From the human T2T-CHM13v2.0 reference genome, Homo sapiens: a DNA stretch of 64,000 nucleotides. The position numbers and the translations under genes are program-made. The first letter of the stretch is position 1. Every line of letters starts with the position of its first letter. The notes beneath the pieces are model-generated. The model had not been told where the DNA came from. It ran no database searches and saw nothing but the letters and a program-made list of their open reading frames with translations. Below, piece by piece: positions 12,840-27,170 of the stretch. The DNA lies in assembly GCF_009914755.1 (NCBI RefSeq), contig NC_060926.1. The stretch is one strand, 5' to 3'.

Positions 12840-13430
12840 ACCTGTCACTCATCATTCAGTCATTCCACAAACACCCTGTGCACCCACTCTGAGCCAGGCC
12901 TGTCCTAGGTATGGGAAATCCTCTCACAGACAAAACAGGCCAAACGCCTGCCCTCATGGAGCTTGCATTCTAGTGGAGGAGGCAATAAAAGTGATTAGCA
13001 AGTAAAGTACCTAGGATATCAGATTGGAATAAGTTCTAAGAAGAAGACATAAAGCAGACAAGAGGAATGGGACATGTTGGTGTGGCATTTTACATTTTAA
13101 TAAGGTAATATGGCCAGGGAAGACCTCCCTGTAAATGTGACATTGACCTAAAGACCTGAAGGAAGTGAAGATCAAGCCCTTTGACTATTCGGTAGAATGT
13201 TCCAGGCTGCGAGAACAGCAAAAACAAAGGCCCTGATGGAGGACGGGCAGGGCAGGTTCTAGGAACATCCAAGGAGGCCTTCCGGGCCCCAGTAGAGTGA
13301 GGGAGGGAGAGGATGTGGGAAAAGGTCAGGTGAGCCAAGGAGGCAGGTTAGGGAGAGCCTGCGAGGTCATCGGAAGTGCCTCGACTTTGACTCAGAGGAA
13401 GATGGGAGCCACTGAGAGCTCAGAGTAGGA
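12840..13430 (-). mobile_element. L2 fragment (further fragments at ~14040-14450)
   Basis: cattcagtcattccacaaac...gagccaggcc...cctgccctcatggagcttgcattctagtgg, typical of the antisense L2 3' end. Confidence 0.7.
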
Positions 13431-13660
13431 GAGAGACTTGACTTTTTTTAATGTCAAAAAGATGTTTACATGCTTTTTCAAATGCTTAACAATTAAATGG
13501 TTTTTAGTATATTTAAGAGTTATACATCCACCACCTCAATCAATTTCAGAACATTTCCATCTCCCCAAAGAGAAACCCTGTACCCATTAGCAGCCACTCC
13601 TCATTCCTTTCCCAGCTCTAGGTAACACCAGTCCACTTTCTCTATAGATCAGCCTGTTAG

Positions 13661-14038
<378 letters not shown>

Positions 14039-17000
14039 TAGCAGGCAAGCTGAACACAGGGAGTCCAGCGAGGACCCTGCCATGCAGGGGAGAGTTGGGG
14101 TGCTCAGACTGGGCTGGCAGCATGGAGCAAGGAGAAGCTGCCGGGCTTTGGATGAAGTGTGAAGTAGAACTTCCTGAGGAATTGGATATGCTGTATGAAA
14201 GAAAGACAGAAGTTGAGAATGACTCTAAGCTTTTTGACCTGATCAGCTGGAAAGCTAGAGTCACCATTAACTGAAGTGTGTGGGCTGTGGCAGGGCAGAT
14301 TTGTAGGGAAAGTTCAGAGCTTGGTTTTGAACACGTTACGTTTGAGATACCTGTTAGACATGTCAGACGGGAGCCGCTGGGCAAGCAGTTAAGTGTGGAA
14401 CTCAGGAGGGAAGTGTGCGCTGGGAGATCGATCCTGGAGTCCTCAGAGTAAGGATGGTGAGTAACAGCTGACCCTGAGGCTCAGAAGAGGATGTGCTACC
14501 CTGATGCCTGGGAGCCAGGGAGCTAAGGACAAAGCTCACTCCCGGGAAAGGAGCCCGTGGGCATCAAGCTGGTGATGAGTTCCTCAACACAGAGAATAGA
14601 AGTGCCGAGGGACCCATTCATTCCATGGACATTTAGTATGCTTCTACAATGGCCATGAGCAGGTGTGGTGAACAAACTTGGCCCAGCCTGCTCTAGAAGA
14701 CCTGGGACAGATAAACAGATAGCAGTCCAATGGCCATTGGATGGATGCTAGGGAAAAAAACAAAGGCAGGGAAGGGCGCGGAGAAAGACAGGATAGTCAT
14801 TCAGACTGGGGTCCAGAAAGTCCTCTCTGAGGTGACATTTGAGCAGAAGCCCCAACCACATGAAAGACTGGACCATGCAAATATCTAGTGAGAAGTGCTG
14901 TGGCCAGGGGAATGTCCAGAAGACATGCGTTTGTTGACAGGCAGGCCAGATGCATACGGGGTGTGGCTGAGCAGAGGAGAGAGCGGCAGAGCCGGAGCCA
15001 GGGGCCTCAAAGGCAGAGTGAGGCACCGGAATTCTCTGTGCTACCAGAGGCTGGGGCAGGGTTTAGAGCAGGGGCGTTTCTCCGTCTGACTTCTGTGTTT
15101 AAAGGCTCACTCAGGCTGTGGTGTGGAGGACAGTGGAAGTGTGGTAGAAGTCCCATGCAGAGCACAGGCTGGGGGCAGAGGTGAGCCACAGCTGACCTGA
15201 AGGCGGCAGGCTTCAGGCAGGCCCATGGGGCTGTGAAAACGGACTTTGGGCTGAGACATGGGGCTTCCAACATCCACCTCACAGCTTTCTAGCTGTGGGC
15301 CCCTGGGGACAGTGGTCTGCCCTCTCTGGGCCTCAGGTCCCTGATTTGCAAAAGGAGACGGTGGGATAGCTAAGGTTCCTCCTCCCAGCTCAGATGCTCA
15401 TGGGGCCATCTTTCCAAGCAGGTGGGTGTCCTCTGCGCTGGGAATAAGACCTCAAGCCAAAGAAATTAGGACAAGCATCAGCCAAAGAGGTCCTCAGGAT
15501 GGGGAACTAGGCAGATGTCACATGACCCCCAGCCCCTGCACAGCAGCACTGAGCTCCTTGGAGTCCTGCCAGGCTCCATCAGCATCCTTCCCTCCCTCCC
15601 TCCCACCTGCTGCCCACTTGGCACCAGTGCCAGGAATCACTGGTGATCAGGGCCTTACCTGGGTGAAGGTGTAGGGAGGCAAAAAGAGTTTTGATCTGGG
15701 CTGGCCTGTGTCCAGATTTCTGCCCCCTCCACTCATCAAGCTATGTGACCCTGGGCAAGTGTCACCCCCTCTCTGAGGTTCTACTTTTCTCTCTTGTAAA
15801 ATGAGGATTATATTATCTGTCTCCTAACATTGTGAAAACTAAATGAATGGGGCTATAAAACACCAAGCTCAGGCCTGGCATATAGTAAGTGCTCAGTAAA
15901 CTAATTCCTTCCATGCTTCCATGTCCCCTCGTGTGCTAGGAGTATCCATCACCCCCTGATTAAAATACTTCAGGGGCTCCCCATTTCACTGAGATTAACA
16001 TCTACTTTTCCTGGGCCACTGACAGACAGCTCAGGTCCTGCCCACCTCCCCACTCTTCTCCTACCTTCCCTGCCCCCCACTGCCCTTTGTGGCAGCCCAG
16101 ATTCACTCATCTTCTTTCAGTTCCTCAAACAAGCTCAGCTCCTTCCAACTTGCAGACCTTTACATGTGCCCATGCCTGGCTCTATATTGCTGACTTTTCA
16201 TCTTCTGGGTCAGCTTCCATTTCACCTTGTCTGAGAAGCCTCTCCAAGAACCCTCCCTGGTCTCTGTCTTAGCCTCTCGTTTGTCTCTGTCATAGCACTT
16301 AGTTTAGTTATTTTATGAGTCTATCATTTATTTTACCCCTGCCCCAAACACTGTAAGATCCATAGGCTCTGCTTTATTCCTGGCACCTAAACATCCCTTG
16401 GCACACAGTAGGTGCTAAGTAAGTGTTCTCTCCCACCCCAGAGACACATGTACACACCACGGTGATCACATTAAGGGCCCAGGATCACAGGGCAAGTAAA
16501 CTGGCTCAGGAAAATTAAAGTCAGCAGCTAAGAAATGAGGTGCCAAAAGACTAGAATGTTCATTAAAATTAAAAACATGGCCCTGCTTCGTGCCTGAGCA
16601 CCAGAACGCTCTTGGGGTTGCAGTGACTGAACTCTTTGGAATGTCAGTGGCTGAGCTGCTGACAGTTTGATGTCATGGCCCACCCAACTTTCTTCCCTGC
16701 AACATGCTAAAAGGGGGTGTTTTAAAATTACATGTTCAATTCATTGTCAAGCCTCTTGCAAGCCTCTTCCGCTCAAACACACTCAAGCCCCAGGACACAC
16801 ACTGGCACAGACACGTACATGCATCCTGAGCGCTGGGACTCTCACGCATGCCACCTGCCATTGCAACGCCCTCCCAGCTGAGCCAGGGGCCTCCCAACTG
16901 AGCCAGAGGCTGGGCCCTGGGGCCAGGTCTTTTTTATTTCCAGTCCAGTGGTCTTCTTGGAACCTTTCAGAAAACCACTACACACAAAAAGAAAAACCAA

Positions 17001-17419
17001 GAGTGGAGCTGAGACGCCACCAAGCCCAAAACTAAAACAAATTTAGGAAAGCCATATTTTTACTATTACTTTTTTAATTGAAAAGACAAGGTAACATAAC
17101 TTTTTAAAATATTTTAAAGCAAAACACCACCTAAATCCTTCACTGCTCCCCTTCCACACACAATTATTTCCAGCTGGGCACCGACCATCCAGCCTGGGTT
17201 CCCAGGCGTCTGCCTTCTTCCCTCCAGAGAGCTGCCATGATGGTGAACACACCTTTCAAGAAAGTTACATCTTAAATGGAAATGTTTAAAAACAAAGCCG
17301 GGAGGAGGAAATGTTGGCTCATCCCCTCCCTCTAAAGGAAAACTCAAGGCAGGGCCCTGTTTTCATTTCTCTGAATGGTTGGTGAGGAGTCAGTTCGTAG
17401 GTGTCAGGCCACACACACT

Positions 17420-18680
17420 GTGCAGTTCAGTGTGTGGTGTGTATATTGTATGTGTGTGTGTAAACGCACATACATTGTGTGCATGTTGTGTTGTGTGTCT
17501 GCATTATGGATGTCTGTTGTGTGTGTTGTGCAAGTGTGTGTTTATATGTTGTGTTGTTTGTGTTCTGTTTATGTGTGTGGTGTGTGCATTATATATGTGT
17601 TGTGTGTATTGTGTTGTGTGTGCGTTATGTCTGTTGAGATGTGTCGTGTGTTGTGGTGTGTGTACGTATTGCATTATATGTATAAATTATATGCATGTAG
17701 CATTGTAAGTGTGTCTTCTGTGTTGTGCGTATGTGTTCTGTTATACTATGTGTGTATTAGGGTGTGTGTTGTGTTGTAGGCATGTGTGTGCTGTGTGTTG
17801 TGTATATGTTGTGTTGCGTTTTGTGTTGTATTGCATGTGTGTTGTGTTGTGTATGTGTTGTGTGTGTATTGTGAGTGCATGTTATGCATGTGCATTGTGT
17901 TGTATGATTGTGATTGTGTGTGGTGTGTACGATGTGTTGTTATGTGTGCGTTATGAATGTAGGTAGTGTTGCGCTGTCTCTGTGTATGTTGTGTTGTATG
18001 TGTTGTACTGTGTGTTTTGTGTTGTGCACATATGTTGTGTTTTTGTGCTGTGTTATGTGTATGGGTTACATGTGTGTTGTGTATATATTGAGTTGTGTGT
18101 ATGTGTTATGCTGTGTGTTGTGTATGTGTTGCGTTGTCTATATGTGTTGTGTGTGTGCCGTGTGTTGTATTGTGTGCGTTATAATATGTAGGGGGTGTTG
18201 TGTGCTGTGTGTTCTATTGTGTGTGTTATAATACGTAGGGGTTTTTGTGTTGTGTGTATTGTCTTGTGTGTATATGTTGTATGTGTTGTGTATATGTGTT
18301 CTGCTGGGTGTTGTATCTGTTGTTATGTGTTGTATTGTGTGAGTGCATTGTGTGTGTTGTATTGTGTTTTGTGTTGTGTGTATGTGTTGTGTTTTGTGTG
18401 AATGTTGTTATGTGTATGGGTTACATTTGTGTTGTGTTGTGTATATGTTGAGTTGTGTATGTGTTATATTGTGTGTGGTGTATGTGTTGTGTTGTGTGTA
18501 TGTGTTGTGTGTAGTATTGTGTGTGTTACAATGTGTGGGGAGTTGTGTGTGTTGTGTGTATTGTATATATATGTTCTGTTGGGTGTTATGTCTGTTGTGT
18601 TATATTGTATTATGTGTATGCATTTTGTGTGTGGTGTGGTGTGTGTTGTAGTGTGTGTGTGTGTGTTTGTGTGTGTGTGG
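17420..18680. repeat. ~1.25-kb degenerate (TG)/(TGT)-rich low-complexity tract
   Basis: Almost entirely T/G with interspersed A; source of the Cys/Val-rich junk ORFs. Confidence 0.95.
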
Positions 18681-18805
18681 ACTTCAGCTGCCGGGGGCAT
18701 CACCAGCGTCTCCCATGGGCTCCCTCTCTGGAAGAGGCTCAGCCTAGCTCAGGCACAAAGGCTGAGCTTTGCCCCCTGAGAACCTAGTCTTCCTTCTGTA
18801 CCCAG

Positions 18806-18952
18806 GTGTCAGGAAGAGAGAGCCGAGCTGCAGGCACAGCTGGAGCAGAAGCAACAGGAGGCTGAGAGGAGGGATGCCATGTACCAGGAGGAGCTTGGAG
18901 GGCAGCGGGACTTGGTCCAGGCCATGAAGAGGCGGGTGTTGGAACTGATCCA
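18806..18952 (+). CDS. RUFY4: RUFY4 coding exon 9 (coiled coil CQEERAELQAQLEQKQQEAE...RVLELI)
   Basis: cccag| acceptor, ca|gtaagg donor, 147 nt, phase 2-2. Confidence 0.92.
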
Positions 18953-19163
18953 GTAAGGACGGGGACAGTGGGAAAGGGGAAACAGATGGGGGAACGGTAA
19001 GGGATGTGGAGCCCGGAGCGTGAAAATTCTACTCCACTCACAACTCCCAAGCAGGGTTCTAGACCTTTTATATAAGCTAACCCTTCTGTTTCTTTTAGCC
19101 ACTCCCTGCTGTTATCCCCATTTTACAGAAAAGGAAACTGAGGGTCAGAAATAAGGCAGACTT

Positions 19164-19453
<290 letters not shown>

Positions 19454-19908
19454 GGCAGACTTAGTCATCTAGGACACATAGCATATAAATTGTATAGAGT
19501 CCCCTGAAAATAATGCACACCCCCACCCAGACCCACCCCCACATACACACACACCTACTAAGGTTAGGGAGGAGAAAGGAACCATGGGTTGAGAAGGAAT
19601 TGGGAGAAGGAGGAAAAAGACACCAGGGAGAACCCAGAGGTGATCACGTGTCCTACACCTGCCTGCCCACGGGACTTCCTCAGACCCTGGGCCTGTGGAC
19701 CTGCCCTAGGTCAGCTGTCCTAGGTTCCAGACATTGGGCTCACCAGGGTCAGCTCCAAACCACTAAGCTCACTGAGAGATGGGGAAGATGCGGAAAGCAT
19801 AGTTCCTGCCCTTTAGTTGAGTAGAAAGAGAGTTCACATACATATGTTATCCTCTCATACAGTTCAGGAAACAGGAGACCAGTGGACTCAGGTTCCATTA
19901 AAATTTGA

Positions 19909-20257
<349 letters not shown>

Positions 20258-20461
20258 TAAGGGTGAGAAAAAGGAGACATCAACTTGGAAATGACAAACA
20301 AATAATTTAAGGAATAGTTCCTCCAAAGAATTTACTGTCAATTGGGAGGAAGAGAGATATAAAAAGTGAAGTATTGACCTCATGAAAGAATTTAAGGTAG
20401 CCAACAATAAAAGACATATATATATGATTGTTAAAGAAAACTAGAAAATTAAATGGAACAT

Positions 20462-20769
<308 letters not shown>

Positions 20770-21099
20770 TTACGTGGAACATATAATAGAAAACAAAACG
20801 TATATATCCCCAAAGTGTTAGGATTAGGGTTAGCATTAGAACTCAGCACTGAGCATATTGGTAGCAGGATCAAAAAGGGAAAGACAGAGTAACTAAATCT
20901 CACTTCCCATCCAAAGAAAATATACTAGTTCATCAGCACTAGTTTCCCAGTGCAAAGGTGATTAATCACAGGTTCTCAGGCAGGAGACATTAAACTATGT
21001 AATACAATGTACCTGGCAGAAGCTTATGGAAAATACGACCCTAAGCAAAAAACAAAAAGAAAAAGGAAAAAAAAATAGCCACCAAGGTTGACTTCTGCG

Positions 21100-22450
21100 T
21101 CGGGATGGTGGACTGCCCACATCTTATCTATTCTCCATCCTGAAATTTCTCTAAAATGACTATAAAAGACTAAAACTTAAAACAGAGAGAAAAGTGGAGG
21201 AGCTAACCACAGAGGAGAGATTTCAGCTAATTTCCAGAAGTTGGAAAATGGTTGGAGAAGTGGATACTGTGTGAAGCCCAAGTTTTTTGTAGGATCCAGA
21301 GATCCCAGAGCCACACATGGCAGAAGTGAGATGAGGAATAAAGTCATTAGAAAGAGCAATCCATACCTGCTGCCTTCTGCCTGCCTCCCCACATGCAGAA
21401 TATCCAGCACTCAGGGGCCTATCTCCCAAGCAAATGATCAAAAGATCCTTCACTAAAGGAATTCAAGTGCCCCAAATAAAAGACCAGTTTGTCCTGGCAT
21501 TTGGGTGTCTGGTTGTAGCAGGTAGCTCCCTGCCCAGTCCCCACTAAAGGGAAGCCACTAGTCAACCATTCCTGTCCACTATTCGGAGTTCTAAACAGAT
21601 TTTATTGCCTCTTTCTTACACATAAAATGACAACCAAGGATCCCCAGATATTTGAGGAGAGTCTAGAATATAAAGGGAAGAGATGAAGATAAACAAAGGA
21701 AAAAGATCCATCTTCCATGAAACAGGATGCTATAAAAAGCAGCTGTCAAAAGATGAAAAACATTCTTGGAAATTAAAAATTAAATTAAAATTATGATCAC
21801 TGAATTTTTTTCAATTCACTAAAATGATTAGAAGAGAAAGATGAGGCAGTCTCTTAGAAGGTAGAATAAAAAGCACAGAGAGATGGGAGTCAGGAGAGAA
21901 ATAATTAGACATACAGATAATCAGTCTCTGAGTTCCAATGTCCTTTCTAACTGTGAGGAGAGAAACAAATGAAACATAGCAAAAATTAAGATGTGAGAGA
22001 ATTCCCCAGCTCTGATGGACACAGATCTTCAGATTTGAAGATTTCACTGAGCAAAGGAATGAAAAACAAAACAAACAAAGCCCACAGTTAGATACATCAT
22101 TATGAAATTTCACTAAGACAGATAAGGAGAATGTCCTAAGATTGTCCAGAAAAAAAGACAGATCACCTATAAAAGAAGTAGAATCCAACCATGTAAACAG
22201 TCTATGGTGCAATTCTTTTTAAGTTCTGAGAAAAACTGACTTTTGCCCTAGAATCTTGTTTCCAGACAAACCATGAATTAAGTGGGGGAGGTGGTGGAGT
22301 AAAGACATTTTCACATAGACAGATTTCAGAAAATTTGCCTCCCACATAGCCTTTCATAGGAAGTTAGTTGAGGATGTGCTCCAGAAAAACAAGGAAGTAA
22401 GCCAAGAAAGGAGAAGATGTGGAATTCAGGGGAAAAAAAATAGCTCTAGC
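21100..22450 (+). mobile_element. Ancient L1M 5'/ORF1-region fragment
   Basis: A-rich ORF1-like motifs (gagaattccccagctctgatg, tacatcattatgaaattt, gacagatcacctataaa, cctagaatc). Boundaries approximate. Confidence 0.6.
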
Positions 22451-22879
22451 CTAGGAGAGAAGAAAAGGGAATTCCCAAGATGACAAGTGGGCAGCAATCC
22501 CAGGGAGCAGTCAGTCTAGACTGTAGCAGAAGGACCAAGGACCCAGGAGGAAGGTTTCTGGAGAGAAAGGGAATCAAGAGAGCACCTGAAATGATGAAAA
22601 ATTGGGAGGAAAATAATATGTTAAAGGCAAGTAATGCAAGGAAAAAAGAAAGGCAATTAAAAACTCCCAGAAAACCAAAAGCCTTCCAAGAAGGAAAATG
22701 TTGTAGAAGACAACTTAGCTCTTTGGGAAGAAATATATATATGTATTATCTAATAATGTAAATATTATTCATTAATTTTTTTCAGTGTTAGAATCAACTT
22801 AAAAGCAAAGCACAGAAAGCAATTATGTAATTATAGAAACAGAACATAAATGCTACCACCTTAACAATATTATGTATAG

Positions 22880-23080
22880 AATAGAATCCAATAGAATGTT
22901 CTATAAAGGTTGTATATTTATGCTGTCCAGTATGGTAGCTGATAGTCACATGTAGAGATGGAGCACTTGAAATATTGACCTGGTGCAACTAAGGAACTAA
23001 AGTTTTTATTTTATTTATTAATATTTTAATTAAATTAAATGTAAATAGCCACATGTGGGGTAGTGGCTACCATTTTGGAT
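22880..23080. mobile_element. MER3/MER33-like hAT-Charlie DNA transposon fragment
   Basis: tgctgtccagtatggtagc...gagcacttgaaat...aatagccacatgtgg...gtggctaccattttgga. Confidence 0.7.
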
Positions 23081-23244
23081 GCTGTGAGAAAAGACGGCAA
23101 GTTAGAAGGTGGAGGAAAGAGGTGAGATGAAAGGAAGAGATGCTGCATCATCATATTACAGAACAGGAGTCATAAGGATACTACCTATAGTTAGTAGATG
23201 AAGAAATAAATACATGAGTATATTCTGTAAAAATTACAATGGTA

Positions 23245-23672
<428 letters not shown>

Positions 23673-23914
23673 CTATTGGTAAACAAAGAAGGAAATATAG
23701 GAGCATATTACTTAAATTTGGAAGTAATTTCAAGGAGAGAAAGCAAAAAGACATCAGAAATGGTTTGCCACTGAGAACAAGAAAGAGAGGGGAGGCCTTT
23801 TGATATGAGCACTTTTGTACGATTTTATTTTTAAATCATATGCATGTATTATTTTGATAAAAATTTAAAACAACCCGTCTTCCTAAATATCCTTACAAGA
23901 GGGAGTGAAGGTGG

Positions 23915-24188
23915 GGAATGGTGGTTCATGCCTGTAATCCCTGCACTTTGGGAGGTTGAGGCAGGGTTCAAGACCAGTCTGGGCAACATGTCGAAACCCC
24001 ATCCCTACAAAAGATTAGCCAGGCACGTGCCTATAGTCCCAGCTACTCAGGAGGCTAAAGTGTGAGGATCACCTGAGCCCAGGAAGTAAAGGCTGCAGTG
24101 AGCTGTGATCATGCTACTGCACTACAGCCTGGGCAACAGAGTGAGATGCTGTCAAAAAAAAAAAAAAAGAAAAGAAAAAAGAAAAAAG
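23915..24188 (+). mobile_element. Alu (AluJ-like, internally deleted)
   Basis: ggtggttcatgcctgtaatcc...gaggatcacctgagcccagga...poly-A. Confidence 0.85.
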
Positions 24189-24409
24189 CAGTGAAATTAG
24201 TTTTGCAAGGGCATACATGTAAATAAATACAAGACAGTTTGTACTAAGTGCCAGATAAGAGACAGTAGGCAAGATGTGCTGTAAGTGTCTGGAGCAAGAA
24301 ACCCCAGGGGCCTCTGTGATCAGGGAACACTCCTTTGTGCTTAAATAATGGGTCCTTAAATCATGGGTCAAGGTTATTTTGGGCAAAGAGGAGGCCAGGT
24401 GTCAGTTGC

Positions 24410-24945
24410 ATTCTGATCTCTTGCATGTGTCTCTCACTGTCTCTTCATTTCTCTCCGTCTTTCTCTGGCCCCTATGTCTCTTTCTCTATCTCTCCATCTG
24501 TCTCCATATCTGTGTCTTCTCCTCTGTCTCCATTTTCTCTGTCTCTGTGTCTCTTTCTCTGTGTGTGTCTCTCTCCCTCTATATATCTCTCAACTTCTCT
24601 ATGTCACTCTCTGTCTCTCTCCAATCCTCTCTCTCTCTCTCTCCCTCTTTCCCCTTCTCTCCACCCCTCTCTCTCTCTCTGAGTAACCATCTTTCTCTGT
24701 CCATCTTTGTATCCCTCCCCATTGCTGTGTCTCTATCTGCGTCTCTGCTCTTGTTTCTGTCCCTGTCTCTGAATCTCTTTTTATTTCCGTATGTGTCCAT
24801 GTGATTCCCTCCATCACCCTCTCTGTCTCTCTCTTCCTCTCTGTGTGATTCCGTCTGTTCCTCTCTGTCTCTCTGTCTGGGTCTTTTCCCATTTCTATCT
24901 TTTGATCTCTGTCTCTGTCTGTGTCTCTCCACCTTCATCCCCCCA
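24410..24945. repeat. ~530-bp (TC)-rich polypyrimidine tract
   Basis: Direct inspection; runs right up to the exon 10 acceptor. Confidence 0.92.
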
Positions 24946-24949
24946 TCAG

Positions 24950-25060
24950 AGAGAAGGACCGCCTGTGGCAGAGGCTCCAGCATCTCTCTTCCATGGCTCC
25001 CGAGTGCTGTGTGGCCTGTAGCAAGATCTTTGGCCGATTTTCTCGGCGGTATCCATGCAG
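24950..25060 (+). CDS. RUFY4: RUFY4 coding exon 10 (EKDRLWQRLQHLSSMAPECCVACSKIFGRFSRRYPCR, N-half of FYVE-like finger)
   Basis: catcag| acceptor, ag|gtaaag donor; CxxC and RRxxCR motifs. Confidence 0.93.
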
Positions 25061-25649
25061 GTAAAGGGAAGGGCACAGAATCCTCCCTCTGGGACAGCCC
25101 AGTTTCCACCAGCTGACAGCCCCCACCCACCCCAGGGAAGGGAGGGACACAGGAACTGGGTGTTTATAAAAGGCCACTTACAGCTGACTACTCATTCTAC
25201 CACATCTGGCTTCCAACACTAAGCAGAGCCATAAAGGAGAAGAGCAGAAGGATCAGATAAGGAATGGGGTCCGGGGAGTGGGATTGGGTCCCCCTCCAAG
25301 AGCCGATTGAGAAATGGGCCTCTCATCTGGAAGGGAGCATCTGTACAGCGTAAGCTGCTCCCCCTCCTTCCTCTGTGAGCACAGTGCTAGGACCAGCCTT
25401 GGGAGAGAGGAAAGTGAGCCACCAGGAGAAGCTGCCATGTGGAGGTGGAGGCTCTGGAGGGGTCGGGCATCAGGACACCCTTCAGGAGAGGGGAGACCTC
25501 CTGAGACAAACCAAGGGCATTCCACTGGGAGATGAGAAACAGATGTCTCAGGTGGACCTGAAGATGCTGGAACTCCATGACCTCAGCGCCCACTTGGGGA
25601 AGTGCCAGCTGCAGAGGCCGCCCCAGGCTTTCCTGCCTCTGCCTTCCAG

Positions 25650-25752
25650 GCTCTGTGGAGGCCTGCTCTGCCATGCTTGCTCCATGGATTACAAGAAGAG
25701 AGACCGCTGCTGCCCACCCTGCGCCCAGGGAAGAGAAGCCCAGGTCACCTGA
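25650..25752 (+). CDS. RUFY4: RUFY4 last coding exon (LCGGLLCHACSMDYKKRDRCCPPCAQGREAQVT*)
   Basis: ttccag| acceptor, TGA at 25750-25752. The 11 exons sum to 1716 nt = 571 aa + stop with no frame breaks. Confidence 0.93.
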
Positions 25753-26229
25753 CCAAGACCAAGACCAGCCCATGACTGGCCTCCCACCTGCCTGCCCATC
25801 CCACTCAATCCACTCCCTGCCCGTAGCTCTTCCCAGCCCTCTTGTTTGTCCAGTCCTCATTCTAGACACTGAAGATCTAAGGCACCAGCACTTCTGTGGG
25901 CAGAGTAGGGTGTGGGGAGTGGTTCCAGCCCTGCAACTACCACAACGAGCCAGGTGACTTTGGCGAAGCTCTCAGTGCTCAGGGCTTCTTCTCTAATGTT
26001 AAGAGTTGGGCCCCATCCTCTCTAAAGTCCCTCTGGGCTCAGCAAATCCATGACTGTGGATAAGACCCCAGCAGCCCTGACATTTCTCCTCCACACTCCC
26101 CACTCACCCAGCAGCGGTGCCCACCTTTCCTGATTCACGAGAAGTGAAGCCTGCACTATCTTGGACTCTCCAGCAGCTTCCTGTCTGGAGTCAGCTTCAG
26201 GGATCTGTGTTTGTGTTGCTGTGTTTCTT

Positions 26230-27170
<941 letters not shown>

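Noticed and set aside
17375-18787. Many Cys/Val-rich ORFs resembling metallothionein or keratin-associated proteins
   Set aside because: Translations of a TG low-complexity tract.
24335-25130. Ser/Leu-rich and Arg/Glu-rich ORFs
   Set aside because: Translations of the TC tract on both strands.
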